Source of the DNA: Tubiluchus corallicola | Taxonomy: Eukaryota; Animalia; Priapulida | Length of the DNA: 64,000 bases | Direction: 5' to 3' | Assembly (NCBI GenBank): GCA_030141605.1 | Contig: JAQGDQ010000475.1 | Location: 62,001-126,000, forward strand | Shown: positions 61,682 through 64,000 of the stretch, one piece after another | How the letters are laid out: every line of letters starts with the position of its first letter | How positions within the stretch are numbered: the first letter of the stretch is position 1 | Notes under the pieces: model-generated | Database searches by the model: none | What the model was told of the DNA's origin: nothing | What the model saw: only the letters and a program-made list of their open reading frames with translations | Program-made: the position numbers and the translations under genes

Positions 61682-62120
61682 AGTGGTACAGTCTGCTCTG
61701 AACATGGTATAAACAGTAAACAAGCACCTTGTATAGAGTGGTACAGTCTGCTCTGAACATGGTGTAAACAGTAAACAAGCACCTTGTATAGAGTGGTACA
61801 GTCTGCTCTGAACATGGTATAAACAGTAAACAAGCACCTTGTATAGAGTGGTACAGGCTACTCTGAACATGGTATAAACAGTAAACAAGCACCTTGTATA
61901 GAGTGGTACAGTCTGCTCTGAACATGGTATAAACAGTAAACAAGCACCTTGTATAGAGTGGTACAGTCTGCTCTCAACATGGTATAAACAGTAAACAAGC
62001 ACCTTGTATAGAGTGGTACAGGCTACTCTGAACATGGTATAAACAGTAAACAAGCACCTTGTATAGAGTGGTACAGTCTGCTCTGAACATGGTATAAACA
62101 GTAAACAAGCACCTGGTATA
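61682..62120. repeat. 55-bp tandem x8
   Basis: AGTGGTACAGTCTGCTCTGAACATGGTATAAACAGTAAACAAGCACCTTGTATAG. Confidence 0.95.
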
Positions 62121-63804
62121 GTTCTAATCGAGTGAATTTGGTGATTAACTGAAACTGGTTTGGGCTTGTTCTGGACAACTTCTAATGTTGGTCGAACGCT
62201 TAAAGGACAAGAAAAGGGCACCTAAAATAGGTTTCAGAAAAATCACCTTGAAAAATTATACTACTTTGCAGTAATTTTATGTACATATCGTATTCACGTT
62301 GAAAAGAATTTTCGTTTGTTTTCATTTTAAATCTCCCGCAATACTGTTCCGACGCCACGTAAATCAGGGGAAGAAAAGACAATGTTAAATTGTGATCTAA
62401 AAAAACTCGTGCAAATCTATACTACTTAGCATTTCACTTACCTGCTGGAAAGACTTAAATAACTAGACTAATAATTTACAATGTTTGTGCCAATTGGTAA
62501 AATGTCACTGACTCACTCTCCAGGGTGCGCCACTCACTAACCAAGAACGTATTTTTAATCTTATTGACAAGATACAGTAATTTAAAAGTTTACTTAATTA
62601 GCAACGTTCATGCTACGAATACTCTGATTAGTTTTTCAAACTTCATTTAATGTTATCAAAACTTATTTCGCAAGATCTACCATTAAAATGGCCTCACCTA
62701 ACGGTCATCTGGAGTTTAAATTTACACGTTTTATACAGCGTTACGTCCGATGCAAGCGATGCATACGAAAAGGTAGCATGTAAGTGGCATAAAGTCTCCA
62801 CCGACATTACCCCTCCCCTCCGATAATTTGGCAGCAAAAATTTTATAGTTATTTTGCATAAAATTTTGAGCAAATATTTATGAATATCTGTGAAGATCTT
62901 GCAGCTGTAATCTAGGCTCGGTACCAGCAATAATTTATCTTTCTCTTCCATCCTCGTACTTTGTAGGGACAAGCTTTTGTCTTGTGTTTCGTATAACCGG
63001 CATTCACGATCCCCAATCCGTTATTATTGTGATTAAAGAAATTTTACAACTAATTTAATAGTCTTATTTATAGTACTAGTTTAACCTATTCGTGGTAAAA
63101 TAATGATTAAAATCAATAGATGTCACATCACTATGGGCTTTTGTAATGCACATTGTAAAATTTAAATATTTTTCGGTTGACTGACGAACAAACGAATTTG
63201 CATGAAGCTGTCTGGAGATCAGTACACCTGCCAGAGTCGTCCGTCCAGTTATTTGCTGTAAATGATGTGACATGATCTATCCTTTTTATGCCCAGAAGAA
63301 CAGAGTGATGTCTTGACGTAGTCAGAACAGAAGTATAGTCTCACAAAAACTCTCCACTCAAAGTTATATTACTTAGCATGAAGCCCACCTGTTTGAAACA
63401 CTTATGTAACTGGAAAAGAAAATCTTTCGTAATTTTACATGTTCACATCAAATGGTAAAACTTCACTGATTCACCGTCCCCGTCTGCGCCACTGACTCAC
63501 CAAAAAACATTCTATCAATCTTACTGACGAAATAGAGCAACTTATTTATTTGCGTTTTAGCAAAGCGTATTCTATGACCCACCAGCTTGAAACTGAGGCT
63601 AAAGCTAAGTTGCTAACCTGGGTAAAACGATAATGAAGTATGAAACAACCAGAAAAAGATTGTGTAGCTGTGAAATAAAGAAGGTTGCTTTAACATGAAC
63701 ATCAAACGTTCTGAAAGAAAAGAGAATGCAACAGTTTATGACAGAAAGCAATTGTTTTCCAAAAATACACCTTAAAAGTAAATTGACTGACAGAGCAGAA
63801 CGCT

Positions 63805-63992
63805 GAGAGCAAAGCTACAAAGGAAAGGAAAGATCACTGAGCATGTTGAGTTTATTTTACTGTTATCACTGAAACTGTTTGTGGTGTGCTAAACTAATTT
63901 AGAGAGCAAGCTACAAAGGAAAGGAAAGATCACTGAGCATGTTGAGTTTATTTTACTGTTATCACTTAAACTGTTTGTGGTGTGCTAAACTA
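63805..63992. repeat. ~98-bp tandem duplication
   Basis: GAGAGCAA(A)GCTACAAAGG at 63805 and ~63902. Confidence 0.9.
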
Positions 63993-64000
63993 AAGAACAT

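Noticed and set aside
61667-62221. 184-aa ORF
   Set aside because: Product of the 55-bp tandem array.

Overview
AT-rich, intron-rich animal (probably invertebrate) nuclear DNA. Three spliced genes were reconstructed by hand from GT-AG junctions with consistent phases. (1) The 3' 12 coding exons of a ubiquilin (+, 1954-18511; the UBL exons lie upstream of the window). (2) A complete CDC34/UBE2R-type E2 enzyme (-, 31419-24297, 5 exons, 243 aa). (3) A complete PTPN9/PTP-MEG2 Sec14-PTP phosphatase (+, 31825-53670, 12 exons, 671 aa), head-to-head with the E2 across a 405-bp bidirectional promoter. Introns and intergenic DNA are packed with non-autonomous DNA transposons (hAT, Tigger/pogo, piggyBac, Kolobok-like, Helitron-like), LINE 3' fragments, a TSD-flanked 5S-rRNA-headed SINE and a tRNA-headed SINE. 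Most introns also hold their own tandem array. Several arrays amplify functional-looking signals: an exon end plus splice donor (100 bp x13), AG|GT sites (48 bp x9), CTCF-type motifs (~162 bp x4), ARE/AP-1 hairpins (60 bp x~13) and a LINE 3' terminus. No prokaryotic-type systems were found. TE family names come from terminal motifs and memory, not database searches.
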